Positions 12,420 through 24,529 of a stretch of DNA of 64,000 bases are shown here, piece after piece; position 1 is the first letter of the stretch; each line of letters begins with the position of its first letter. Source of the DNA: Phaeosaccion multiseriatum (taxonomy: Eukaryota > Protista > Ochrophyta, other classes); the NCBI GenBank assembly GCA_965112735.1, contig OZ218965.1, positions 1,922,001 through 1,986,000 on the forward strand, given 5' to 3'. A model generated the notes under the pieces. It had not been told where the DNA came from. It did not search any database and was given only the letters and a program-made list of their open reading frames with translations. A program made the translations under genes and the position numbers.

Positions 12420-13566
12420 CGGCCACAGACCGGCCTATAAGCCTATGCTCTAGGCCGGACTTATCTTCAGCCAAATCTGGGCTTGACCAGGGGGGGCGAG
12501 CTCTGTATCCCCTACCGAACCCCTCACTCGACCAATTGTCGTATCTTGGCCTGTGAGAAGCCACTGCAAGCTCAGGGAAAGAAGAGGGAGCGAGGGAGGG
12601 AGGGAGGGAGTGAGCGGGTGCGTGCGTGGGTGGATGCGTGGGTGGGAGCGTGCGTGCGTGTGTGCGTGCGTGATTGAGTGAGTGACGAATGAATGAATGA
12701 GTGCGCGTGCGTGCGTGAGTGAGTGAACGAGTGGGTTAGGGTGTGAGTGAGTGAGTGAGTGAGCGTGTGCGTGCGTTTGTGGGTGGATGCCACACTGTCA
12801 CACTGGTGGAGTGTTTGCATGATAAGTGGGTGCCTGAGAAGTGGGGAGTGAGGACGAGGAGGAGTGTCAAAGCTACACCCTCCTGCGCTGTCACTGGCTG
12901 CCCGGCTGGACCACGCCTTTCACACTTTGTCTCAAGATGCTGTCCTTGCCCTACCTTATGAGGGCCTGCTGTCCAAGTGATGTTATGATGCTGAGAAACG
13001 AAGTTTTCAAAGGGTTGTTAGAGAGAGAGAGGCCCTAGCCAAAGGAAGGGCCCAGCAGAGGAAACTTGGGGTCCCCTAGCTAGGCCAGGACCCAACAGAG
13101 GTAGGTTAGGGGTTTTGAGCTCCCCCTAGGCCTAGCTAGGCCAGGGACCTGCGTCTCTAAGCCTAGACCAATAGACCGGTCTGGAACCGAGGAGGGGGAT
13201 CGGAGGGCTACCATGATCGTGTAAGTTGGGCGTATGTTTGGTTTCACAGCTGGCACTTCTCTTCTCTTGATTCGTTCGATGTTTGCACGGCTAAGTATGT
13301 TCTTTGCAGGGCCTAGGCCAGGAGCCTGCGGCTCCTCTAGGCCGGCCGAATTTAGACCTAGGCCAATATTGGGAATGATTCTTCTCTGTCAGTCTCATCA
13401 AGCACTGTCAGTTGACTACTAATACTAAGTCAATAAATAATTCCGGGGGTAAGCAAATTTCTCTCTTGGTTCGTTGACTCCTTAGTACCTCTTCTCTTCC
13501 TCTCCATCCCACTGCTAAATACGGCCTAGGCCATGGGCCTGCGCCACATAGGCCGGTCTGTGGCCG
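12420..13566. mobile_element. Possible non-autonomous element bounded by a 19-bp perfect inverted repeat
   Basis: cggccacagaccggcctat (12420-12438) is the reverse complement of ataggccggtctgtggccg (13548-13566). The interior is rich in CTAG/CCTAGG palindromes. No clear target-site duplication or transposase. Confidence 0.3.
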
Positions 13567-13925
13567 TGGAGGGGTACCGATCGTGTAAGTTGGGTTAGTT
13601 TCACAGCTGGTACTACTTGCTTCTCGCGATTCAAGCAAGAATATACTGAAATGGTTCTTTGCACGGATAGCTACGTTCTTTGCAACGGCATCACCATGTT
13701 ATATGCACCCCAATTCAGTTAAATGTATGCGAACTACCTACTCGGCCCATTCTGTATTCTGGCGGGTTGTTATGCTGGGCACGCAATGATGGAGGGGGCG
13801 GGGTGCTTGCTCGAAGCTCAAGGAACACAAATTAGGCTTGAATGCAGTGGTGGCACAAACACAAACACAAGAACAAGAAGGAAATATTTGCAAAAAGCAC
13901 GACAGGATATCTACGACAAGCCAAC

Positions 13926-16900
13926 ATGAAGATGAAGATGCACCTGCTGCCTGTGTGCGCGGTGCTTTGCGCCCTGCTTCCGGCACGTCTCGTCCAGGGA
14001 CAAACATGTAAGAGAGCGAGGAGGATGCAAAAGGCAGGGTGGGAGTGGGCAGCCACTGGTTGGGGAGGAGCAGGCAGCCAGCGCCGCAGCAGCAGCGATG
14101 GCCCGTGGCCCGCTACCCTCCTGCTGTTCTGAATGACCGGCCTCCCAGCCATGGCTCATGCCTGAGACCTGACGCTGGCCTTCTTTCTTGTATTTGCTTG
14201 CCGCCACGCTTTGTTCCTTGGACTTGGCCCTTGCTGCCTTGCCGTGGTTCTTCTGTTGTTCTTCCGACAACACCAGCTTCAACACCGGTGCGTAGCTAAG
14301 GCCTGGGAATGGTTGTGCGTGTACTCGAGTACACATACTAGTCCGGCTGCTCCAGTCATGCGGCTTTCTTTTTGCAACGACGACGTGTTCTCTTCTGTCT
14401 TTAGTGTATACCCTTCTGAAAAAAACAGTCTGATCTTTCTCAGGCAGAGTGTCCCTCTTCGCTCCCTTCAACACCTTGATCTTACCTCCTCCTCTCTCAC
14501 CCGTCCCTCGCCTCCTGTCAGGCGCTTTCGTCGTGTCAAGCAGATGCAAACGCGTTCCTGAGCATGACTGACCAGCAACTGTTCGACATGCAAGACTCCG
14601 ACAACAGGATTGGCGAATACTGCTACAACCGACAAATCTCTAGCAGCTCTGCTGCCTGCAACTACTATGTCCTGGCGGTACCGAGCGACACTCATTCCGG
14701 CTGGCCCCGCACCACCCCAGGCGACGCAGGGACGGGCTGTGTGTATGAGGGTGACGGGGGCCCGACCAGGTGCTTCTTCCAAGACTCCAGCTACGATCTC
14801 ACCGGGGCGGAACGCAGCTCCATGTGCACGCAGGACGTCGTGGCCAATGCGGCGGCTCAACTGCGTCATGCCATCACGAATGGAGCTTGCTGTGACGCGA
14901 CGGAGGTATGTATGTATGCATGCATGCATGTATGTGTGTGTGTGTGTGCACGGGCAGGGATGGCAATCTATGGATGTACATACGCAGACGCGGATGGTGG
15001 GCAGCTCATCTGCGGCACACCCGCCCACCCCCTTTACCCACCCACCCACCCACTCACCCAGTCGCCGCGTCTGTTGGAGATGTTCCATCTGGACTCTCCC
15101 GCCTCTAATGCCCTCTCGCCCATCCTCCCCTCCTCTCTCTTATTCGTACGCTCACTGTCGGCCACAGGAACCCACGCCAGTCCCCACTCCGCCCCCTACA
15201 CCTGTCCCGACAACACCGCCTCCAACACCGGTACGTCCCGAAGTGCTTAACCTTGTCGCTCTCAGCGTCTCCCTGTTTGCTCACTTCAACACCTGCACCT
15301 GCGTGTGCCCCACATCCTCCTCCGCCCGTCCTCCCCTTCAGGAGCCTTCGTGTCAAGCAGATGCGGACGCCTTCCTGAGCATGACTGACCAGGAGCTGTT
15401 CGACATGCAAGACTCCGACAACAAGATTGGCGAATACTGCTACAACCGACAAATCTCTAGCAGCTCTGCTGCCTGCAACTACTATGTCCTGGCGGTACCG
15501 AGCGACACTCATTCCGGCTGGCCCCGCACCACCCCAGGCGACGCAGGGACGGGCTGTGTGTATGAGGGTGACGGGGGCCCGACCAGGTGCTTCTTCCAGG
15601 ACTCCAGCTACGATCTCACCGGGGCGGAGCGCAGCTCCATGTGCACGCAGGACGTCGTGGCCAATGCGGCGGCTCAACTGCGTCATGCCATCACGAATGG
15701 AGCTTGCTGTGACGCGACGGAGGTATGTATGTATGCATGTATGTATGTATGTATGTATGTATGTATGTATGTATGTATGTATGTATGTATGTATGTATGT
15801 TTGTGACCATGGGCAGGGATGGCAATCTATGGATGTACATACGCAGACGCGGATGGTGGGCAGCTCATCTGCGGCACACCCGCCCACCCCCTTTACCCAC
15901 CCACCCACCCACCCACCCACCCAGTCGCCGCGTCTGTTGGAGATGTTCCATCTGGACTCTCCCGCCTCTAATGTCCTCTCGCCCATCCTCCCCTCCTCCT
16001 TCTGCTTCGTATGCTCACTGGCGGCCACAGGAACCCACGCCAGTCCCCACTCCGCCCCCTACACCTGTCCCGACAACACCCGCTCCCACACCGGTACGTC
16101 CCGAAGTGCTTAACCTTGTCGCTCTCAGCGTCTCCCTCTTTGCTCACTTCAACACCTGCCCCTGCGTGTGCCCCACATCCTCCTCCGCCCGTCCTCCCCT
16201 TCAGGAGCCTTCGTGTCAAGCAGATGCGGACGCCTTCCTGAGCATGACTGACCAGGAGCTGTTCGACATGCAAGACTCCGACAACAGGATTGGCGAATAC
16301 TGCTACAACCGACAAATCTCTAGCAGCTCTGCTGCCTGCAACTACTATGTCCTGGCGGTACCGAGCGACACTCATTCCGGCTGGCCCCGCACCACCCCAG
16401 GCGACGCAGGGACGGGCTGTGTGTATGAGGGTGACGGGGGCCCGACCAGGTGCTTCTTCCAGGACTCCAGCTACGATCTCACCGGGGCGGAGCGCAGCTC
16501 CATGTGCACGCAGGACGTCGTGGCCAATGCGGCGGCTCAACTGCGTCATGCCATCACGAATGGAGCTTGCTGTGACGCGACGGAGGTATGTATGTATGCA
16601 TGCATGCATGTATGTGTGTGTGTGTGTGCACGGGCAGGGATGGCAATCTATGGATGTACATACGCAGACGCGGATGGTGGGCAGCTCATCTGCGGCACAC
16701 CCGCCCACCCCCTTTACCCACCCACCCACCCACCCACCCACCCAGTCGCCGCGTCTGTTGGAGATGTTCCATCTGGACTCTCCCGCCTCTAATGTCCTCT
16801 CGCCCATCCTCCCCTCCTCCTTCTGCTTCGTACGCTCACTGTCGGCCACAGGAACCCACGCCAGTCCCCACTCCGCCCCCTACACCTGTCCCGACAACAC

Positions 16901-18563
16901 CCGCTCCAACACCGGTACGTCCCGAAGTGCTTAACCTTGTCGCTCTCAGCGTCTCCCTCTTTGCTCACTTCAACACCTGCACCTGCGTGTGCCCCACATC
17001 CTCCTCCGCCCGTCCTCCCCTTCAGGAGCCTTCGTGTCAAGCAGATGCAGACGCCTTCCTGAGCATGACTGACCAGGAGCTGTTCGACATGCAAGACTCC
17101 GACAACAGGATTGGCGAATACTGCTACAACCGACAAATCTCTAGCAGCTCTGCTGCCTGCAACTACTATGTCCTGGCGGTACCGAGCGCCACTCATTCCG
17201 GCTGGCCCCGCACCACCCCAGGCGACGCAGGGACGGGCTGTGTGTATGAGGGTGACGGGGGCCCGACCAGGTGCTTCTTCCAAGACTCCAGCTACGATCT
17301 CACCGGGGCGGAGCGCAGCTCCATGTGCACGCAGGACGTCGTGGCCAATGCGGCGGCTCAACTGCGTCATGCCATCACGAATGGAGCTTGCTGTGACGCG
17401 ACGGAGGTGTGTATGTATGCATGTATGTGTGTGTGTATGTATGTATGTATGTTTGTGACCATGGGCAGGGATGGCAATCTATGGATGTACAAGCGTAGAC
17501 GGATGGTGGACAGCTCATTAGCGGCACCACTCTACCCACCCATCCACCCACCTACTCAGTCTCCACGTCTGTTGGCGATGTTCCATCTGGACTCTTGTGT
17601 ACCTGCCTCTACTGCACTCTCGCCCATCCTCCCCTTCTCTTTCTGCCCCCTGCTTCCTACCCTCACTGCCGGCCACAGGAACCCACGGCAGTCCCCACCC
17701 AGACCCCTGTACCCACGCTGGTCCCCACTCCGACCCCTGTACCCACGCTGGTCCCCACTCCGCCCCCTATCAAGGAGATCAACTGCGCCTCGCTGGGATG
17801 GCCGGGCAGCTGCGGCGCCTTCACCGACGCTGCGTCCTGCAACTGCTGGACCTCTTCCTCCTTCGCGTGCTCGTGGTCCGGCAACAGCTGCGGCACGGGT
17901 GGTGGCGGCGGCCCTACTCCTACTCCTCCTCCACTGGACACCAGGCCCCCGACGATGGCGCCCACGCCAGGGACTCCGCCTCCTGCAGGCGAGGTGAACT
18001 GTGCCGCGCAGGGATGGCCGGGCAGCTGCGGCGCCTTCACCGACGCTGCCTCGTGCAACTGCTGGACCTCTTCCTCCTTCGCGTGCTCGTGGTCGGGCAA
18101 CAGCTGCGGCACTGGTTGTGGTGGTGGCGGCCCTACTCCTACTCCTCCTCCACTGGCCACCAGGCCCCCGACGATGGCGCCCACGCCAGGGACCCCGCCT
18201 CCTGTCGGAGAGGTGAACTGTGCCGCGCTGGGATGGCCGGGCAGCTGCGGCGCCTTCACCGACGCTGCCTCGTGCAGCTGCTGGACCAAGTCCGCCTTCG
18301 CGTGCTCGTGGTCCGGCAACAGCTGCGGTACTGGTGGTGGTGGCGGCGGCCCTACTCCTACTCCTCCTCCACTGGCCACCAGGCCCCCGACGTACGCGCC
18401 CACGCCAGGGACCCCCCCTCCTGTGACTTCCCCCGAGGTGGACTGCACGCGGCTGGGCTGGGGCGGATCGTGCGGCGGTTTCACCTCCGAAGGCGAGTGC
18501 GAGTGCTGGGCCTCTTCGTCCTTCGCATGCGGCTGGAGCAGCGCCGATCAGCAGTGCCACTGA
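13926..18563 (+). CDS. Secreted modular Cys-rich protein B1 (~897 aa): signal peptide, 4 x 8-Cys domain, 4 x 6-Cys/Trp modules
   Basis: Exons 13926-14007, 14277-14287, 14522-14905, 15168-15230, 15342-15722, 16031-16093, 16205-16585, 16852-16914, 17026-17406, 17679-18563. Confidence 0.85.
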
Positions 18564-20460
18564 AGAGAGTGATCGCCGAGCAGCGAGGGCCAGCTGTTGC
18601 CATCAAGGGTAGTTCTTACTCGGCGGACGGCTTGTGCTCGTCTCTTACTTGCACGACTTGGAGGGGGCTGCAGCCAGGAGGGAAGGAAGGGTGTGATTGG
18701 ACCGGACTGATGGATGCACACGTTTGGGGGGTTGAGTTGTGGGGCGATTCCTGCCCAAGCTGGCGGGGCGCCGACGAGAGGGAGAGTGTGTGGAGTGGGC
18801 GCGTGTGTGCGTGCGTGCCGTGTACAATAGTTGGAAAAGCAAGATGATTTCGTATCTGTCCACGTGGTAAGATTAATGCATCTTCCGGTCTTGCGTCTTC
18901 CTCCTAACCCATCTAGTTTGGAGCTAGTGAACGGCCCACGCCTTGGTTCTCAAGCCACGTCTCATATGTATGCTCACTTCGTATACGCCTGCTGCTATTC
19001 TTGCAACAACAGTGGGAAGAGACCTTCACAAACGGAGGGGTGGAGGGCACCTTATCTCCTCCGTCACTCTGCCTGCTGCTCCTCTTCCTCGCTGTGGCCT
19101 CCTCTCGCCGACTCTACGCTGCCGCCTTCGCTTCGTCCGTCAGCCCCGCCTCTTTCTACCCCCTCCTCTTTCTTGGTCCCTTGCTGCCCCTTCTCGGTGT
19201 TCTGCAGCCTCTGTGGCTTGAACCTCCTCCGCGCTGCTCAGGAGGGGAACTTCCATTCCTGCTGCGCTTTGTGCCGGCTGCTCCGCAGCTCCGGCAGAGC
19301 TGCTTCCCTGAGCTACCATCCCTGCGCTGCGCAGAGAGCAGCGCGATGGCGCTGACGAAGAGCCTGCATCATCCCCCGGGAGAGCTTCAGCTCTGAGAAA
19401 CTCCATAGCCACGCAGATCGCTAGTACCCCCTTTGCCCCTGCAATGACCATGGGCACAACAAAGAGAGCAGGACCGGCAGGAATTGATCACGACTTGACA
19501 TGAGCCCGATAGCGATGCCGAAGTTGCCGGCCCCCGAGGAGGTCTCTGCTCAGCTCACAAGCCGCTCTGAAGGCTGAACAGTCCTGCTTGCACCAGCAGT
19601 CTCCTTCACGCACTGCGAGCTTCAGGGGAGGGTGCCAACAGCCGAGGCAGCGACTCAGAAAGAGCACCTGCTGAAACATTGCGTTGGCAGGTTGTGGATC
19701 TGATGCTGCTCGCCGTGCTCTTCGTGCTCTCCCTGCCCTCCGTGCCCTCCCTCCTCTCGCTCCTCCTGTGGCGTGGAGGGGACAGACGGAGCTACAGGCG
19801 ACTCGCCCCGCGCCCCCCGGCCCCGATCCTGAGCTCCCCCGCCCCCCTCCTCCTTTGCACCTTAGCCGCCCTCGCTCTCTTCCTCTCTCCCGTCCTCTCG
19901 TTCGGCATCCTGTTCCCCCTCACACTCTATGTGTCCTCTATCCTGGCCTCAACTTATCACAGTCCGACTTACTCACGCCATCGCGCGCCTCGCTCCAAAG
20001 GAGTCCAGGAGAGCGCCTGCAGCAAAGTGTGACATCTGAACCAGGGCAAGGATTGGAGGGTTAGTTCATGCCCCCTATTCTATCTTCAGACCTCTATCCG
20101 GACACTTACCTTTTAGTATTTAGGGATCCGGCAGGTTAATTTTAATTTGAAGGGAACCGCCTTCGGAAAGCCAGCCGTCTTGTTGCAAGTTGGTCATTCG
20201 AGTCACAGTTGGGCATACGGCACCATTTCTCTTCTTATTTTCTTTGATCACCATTTACAACAGCAATTGTTAGACGTTACAGATCTGTTACAAGTAGTTG
20301 GTATGTTAGTCACGCAAGCATGGCTCAAGGCTGCCAATAAGGGTGGTCGGTACGATAGAAAGCTTGAAGGTGTGACTTACCGCGCTTGCACGCGATTAAA
20401 CTGGCACCATGTACAGTGGCACAACCCAGACACAACACAAAAAAGCAGAACCACGACAAC

Positions 20461-23209
20461 ATGAAGATGAAGATGGAGATGCTGCCGGTGTGCGCGGTCC
20501 TGTGCGCCCTGCTTCCAGCACGTCTCGTCCAGGGACAAACACGTAAGAGAGCAAGGGATAGCATGGACTGGTTGTTGCAAGCACTCAAGAAGACGGGTAG
20601 TGGGAGTGGGGAGGAGCAGCGCCGCAGCAGCAGCGATGGTCCATGGCCCGCTACCTTCCTGATGTCATGAATGACTGGGCTCCCATGCCTGACCTGACGC
20701 TGCCCTTGCTTTATTTCTTGCCGCCACGCTATGCTGCCGTGGTTCCTGCTGCCCTCTGCCTGCGCCTGTTCCGACAACACCAGCTCCAACACCGGTACGT
20801 ATGGGAATGGTCGTGGTACACAGAGACTTCTTCATGCGGCTTTCTTCATGTAGTTGTGTGCTCTCAGTGTGTGCAGTCTTATCTCCCTCAGAGGGTCCCT
20901 CTTTGCTCACTTCAACACCTTTACCTTACCTCCTCCTCTCTCGCCCGTCCTACCGTCAGGCGCTTTCGTCGTGTCAAGCAGACGCAAACGCCTTCCTGAG
21001 CATGACTGACCAGCAACTGTTCGACATGCAAGACTCCGACAACCGGATTGGCGACTACTGCTACAACCGACAAATCTCTAGCAGCTCTGCTGTCTGTAAC
21101 TACTATGTCCTGGCGGTACCGAGCGCCACTCATTCCGGCTGGCCCCGCACCACCCCAGCCGACGCAGGGACGGGCTGTGTGTATGAGGGTGAGGGGGGCC
21201 CGACCAGGTGCTTCTTCCAGGACTTCAGTTACGATCTCACCGGGGCGGAACGCAGCTCTATGTGCACGCAGGACGTCGTGGCCAATGCAGCCGCTCAACT
21301 GCGTCATGCCATCACGAATGGAGCTTGCTGTGACGCGACTCAGGTATGCATGTATGTATGCATGTATGTATGTATGTATGTATGTATGTGTGTATGTATG
21401 TATGTATGTATGTATGTCTGTATGTATGTATGTGTGTATGTATGTATGTATGTATGTGTGTGCATATGTATGTATGTGTGTGCACGGGCAGGGATGGCAA
21501 TCTATGGGTGTGCATACGTAGACGGATGGTGGGCAGCTCATCAGCGGCACAAACCCCACCCTCTCCACGCACCCACCCACCCAGTCTCCGCGTCTGTTGG
21601 GGATGTTCCATCTGGACTCTTGTGTACCCTCCTCTAATACACTCTCGCTCCCTCCTCTTTCTGCTTCTTACCCTCACTGCCGGCCACAGGAACCCACGCC
21701 AGACCCCACTCCTGCCCCTACAATGGTGTCCACCACGCTAGACCCCACTCCTGCCCCTACACCTGTCCCGACAACACCCGCTCCAACACCGGTACGTCCC
21801 GAAGTGCCTAACCTTCTTGTCTCTCTCAGAGAGTCCCTCTTTGCTCACTTCAACACCTGCACCTGTGCCCCACATCCTCCCCCGTCCGTCCTCCCCTTCA
21901 GGCGCCTTCGTGTCAAGCAGATGCGGACGCCTTCCTGAGCATGACTGATCAGGAGCTGTTCGACATGCAAGACTCCGACAACAGGATTGGCGAATACTGC
22001 TACAACCGACAAATCTCTAGCAGCTCTGCTGCCTGCAACTACTATGTCCTGGCGGTACCGAGCGATACTCATTCCGGCTGGCCCCGCACCACCCCAGCCG
22101 ATGCAGGGACGGGCTGTGTGTATGAGGGTGACGGGGGCCCGACCAGGTGCTTCTTCCAGGACTTCAGCTACGATCTCACCGGGGCGGAACGCAGCTCCAT
22201 GTGCACGCAGGACGTCGTGGCCAATGCAGCGGCTCAACTGCGTCATGCCATCACGAATGGAGCTTGCTGTGAGGCGACTCAGGTATGTATGTATGTATGT
22301 GTGTGTGTATGTATGTATGTATGTTTGTGACCATGGGCAGGGATGGCAATCTATGGATGTGCATACGTAGACGGATGGTGGGCACCTCATCATGGCACCA
22401 GGCCACCCTCTCCACCCACCCAGTCTCCGCGTCTGTTGGGGATGTTCTGTTCCATCTGGGCTCTTGTGTACCCGCCTCTAATACACTCTCGCCCATCCTC
22501 CCCTCCTCTTTCTGCTTCCTACCCTCACTGCCGGCCACAGGAACCCACGGTAGTCCCCACCCAGACCCCTGTACCCACGCTGGTCCCCACTCCGACCCCT
22601 GTACCCACGCTGGTCCCCACTCCGCCCCCTACCAAGGAGATCAACTGCCCCTCGCTGGGATGGCCGGGCAGGTGCAGCCCATTCACCGACCGTGCTTCGT
22701 GCAACTGCTGGACCTCTTCTTCCTTCGCGTGCTCGTGGTCCGGGAACAGCTGCGGCACTGGTGGTGGTGGCGGTGGCCCTACTCCTACTCCTCCTCCACT
22801 GGCCACCAGGCCCCCGACGTACGCGCCCACGCCAGGGACCCCGCCTCCTGCAGGCGAGGTGAACTGTGCCGCGCTGGGATGGCCGGGTAGCTGCGGCGCC
22901 TTCACCGACGCTGCCTCGTGCAACTGCTGGACCAAGTCCGCCTTCGCGTGCTCGTGGTCCGGCAACAGCTGCGGCACTGGTGGTGGTGGCGGCGGCCCTA
23001 CTCCTACTCCCCCTCCACTGGCCACCAGGCCCCCGACGTACGCGCCCACGCCAGGGACCCCCCCTCCTGTGACTTCCCCCGAGGTGGACTGCACGCGGCT
23101 GGGCTGGGGCGGATCGTGCGGCGGTTACACCTCCGAAGGCGAGTGCGAGTGCTGGGCCACTTCGTCCTTCGCATGCGGCTGGAGCAGCGCCGATCAGCAG
23201 TGCCACTGA
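20461..23209 (+). CDS. Secreted modular Cys-rich protein B2 (~542 aa): signal peptide, 2 x 8-Cys domain, 3 x 6-Cys/Trp modules
   Basis: Exons 20461-20542, 20784-20794, 20960-21343, 21690-21791, 21902-22282, 22541-23209. Confidence 0.85.
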
Positions 23210-24025
23210 GAGTGATCGCCGAGCAGCCAGGGCCAGCTGTTGCCATCAAGAGTAGTTCTTCCTCGGCGGGCTGCTTGTGCTCGTCTCGTACTTGCACGAC
23301 TTGGAGGGGGCTGGAGGAGGAGGGAAGGAGGGAGGGAAGGAAGGGCTAATGGATATCTTGTGTCAGGAAGGAGGGAGGGAAGGAAGGGCTAATGCATCTC
23401 TTTGTCATCCTGTCTTTAGGGCTGGATGGAGTGGAGTGGAGTGGAGGGGACGGGATGTACATATAGTTGGGTCAGGATTTGTGTTGTGCAGCGATACGCT
23501 TGTGCCCAAGCCGTGGCATGCAGAGAGTGGAGTGTGTTGGGCGTCGGTATGTATGTATGTATGTTTGTGTGAGTATATGTGCGTGTGTGCGAACCATTGA
23601 GCACAACAAGCAAGGAGGTCATCTCGAAGTCGAAACAAACCTAAAACAAGTCTACCTCATGGGCCAAGCAGTTCAATGCAAGTAAATTACTAAGTCCTTT
23701 TTTAATAACGTGGATGAAGAAGTAGGAGGGGCCCTCCCCCAAGGGGGTGCTTCCTCTTGCCCTCTTCACTGACTCCATCTCCACCTCCGGTCCAGTGGCT
23801 GTGGTGTCCAAGACGTTCCGCTTCAAGCGACTGAGCCGCAAAGCAATTCCTTTCCTCTCTGCGACACTAAACAAAAGCAGTCACCATTACCAAGTCCATC
23901 GCAGGATTGCGAATCATCTCCCCTTCCTCTATCTCTTCTTTCTCTCTTCCTCTCTCTCAATCTCTCTATCTCTCCCCCTCTCTCCTGTCCTCAGTATTCC
24001 CCTTCCCCCCCCCTCCTCCTCCCAA

Positions 24026-24483
24026 TCAAAAGAGTAACACCCCACCATTTTCTCCTCCCCCCCTCCTCCGCCTCCCGCACACGCACTCCTCTAACTGCTC
24101 CGGTGTAAACAGCGGCAGCGCCACCCTCGGCACCACCGCCGTAAAGCCTGCGTACAGTGCACTCAGCGCCGGCCGTCCCTCGCAGCCCAACAGGCCGACA
24201 AGCAGTGACCGATACTCCTCCACATCACGCAAGCTCGCAACGCGCCGCTCCTTGCCCCCAGGGCACAGCTCGAGCAGGAACCCGTTGGTCAGGGGCCCCA
24301 CAAAGCGAAGGTCGGCCTCTGCAAGCAGCTCTGTCAGCGCCGCCTCCCTCTCCTCCCCCTCGCGCTGCTCCTGTGCCAGCCTGCGCGCCTCTCGACCCAC
24401 AGACGACGACGTCGAGGACGAAGAAGACGACGATGACGAAGAGGAGGAAGAGGAAGACGCTACTGCGGCTGCCACATCACCAC

Positions 24484-24529
<46 letters not shown>

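Larger units (their letters stand above)
1..12520. repeat. Tandem segmental duplication, unit A (contains genes A1 and A2)
   Basis: The sequence at position 1 (ccctcactcgaccaattgtc...) recurs at 12521, and collinear near-identity continues through both genes and intergenic DNA. The unit boundary is arbitrary because the array probably continues left of the window. Confidence 0.95.
12521..23313. repeat. Tandem segmental duplication, unit B (contains genes B1 and B2)
   Basis: Collinear with unit A but has one fewer domain cassette in the first gene. Similarity stops ~100 bp after the B2 stop codon (...ttggagggggctg at ~23313). Confidence 0.93.

Noticed and set aside
1723-17997. Long ORF-track entries (340-503 aa) in the array taken as intronless genes
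   Set aside because: They read through microsatellite-containing introns (VCMYVCMY, PPTHPPT) whose lengths and frames differ between copies. The spliced model is consistent in all four genes.
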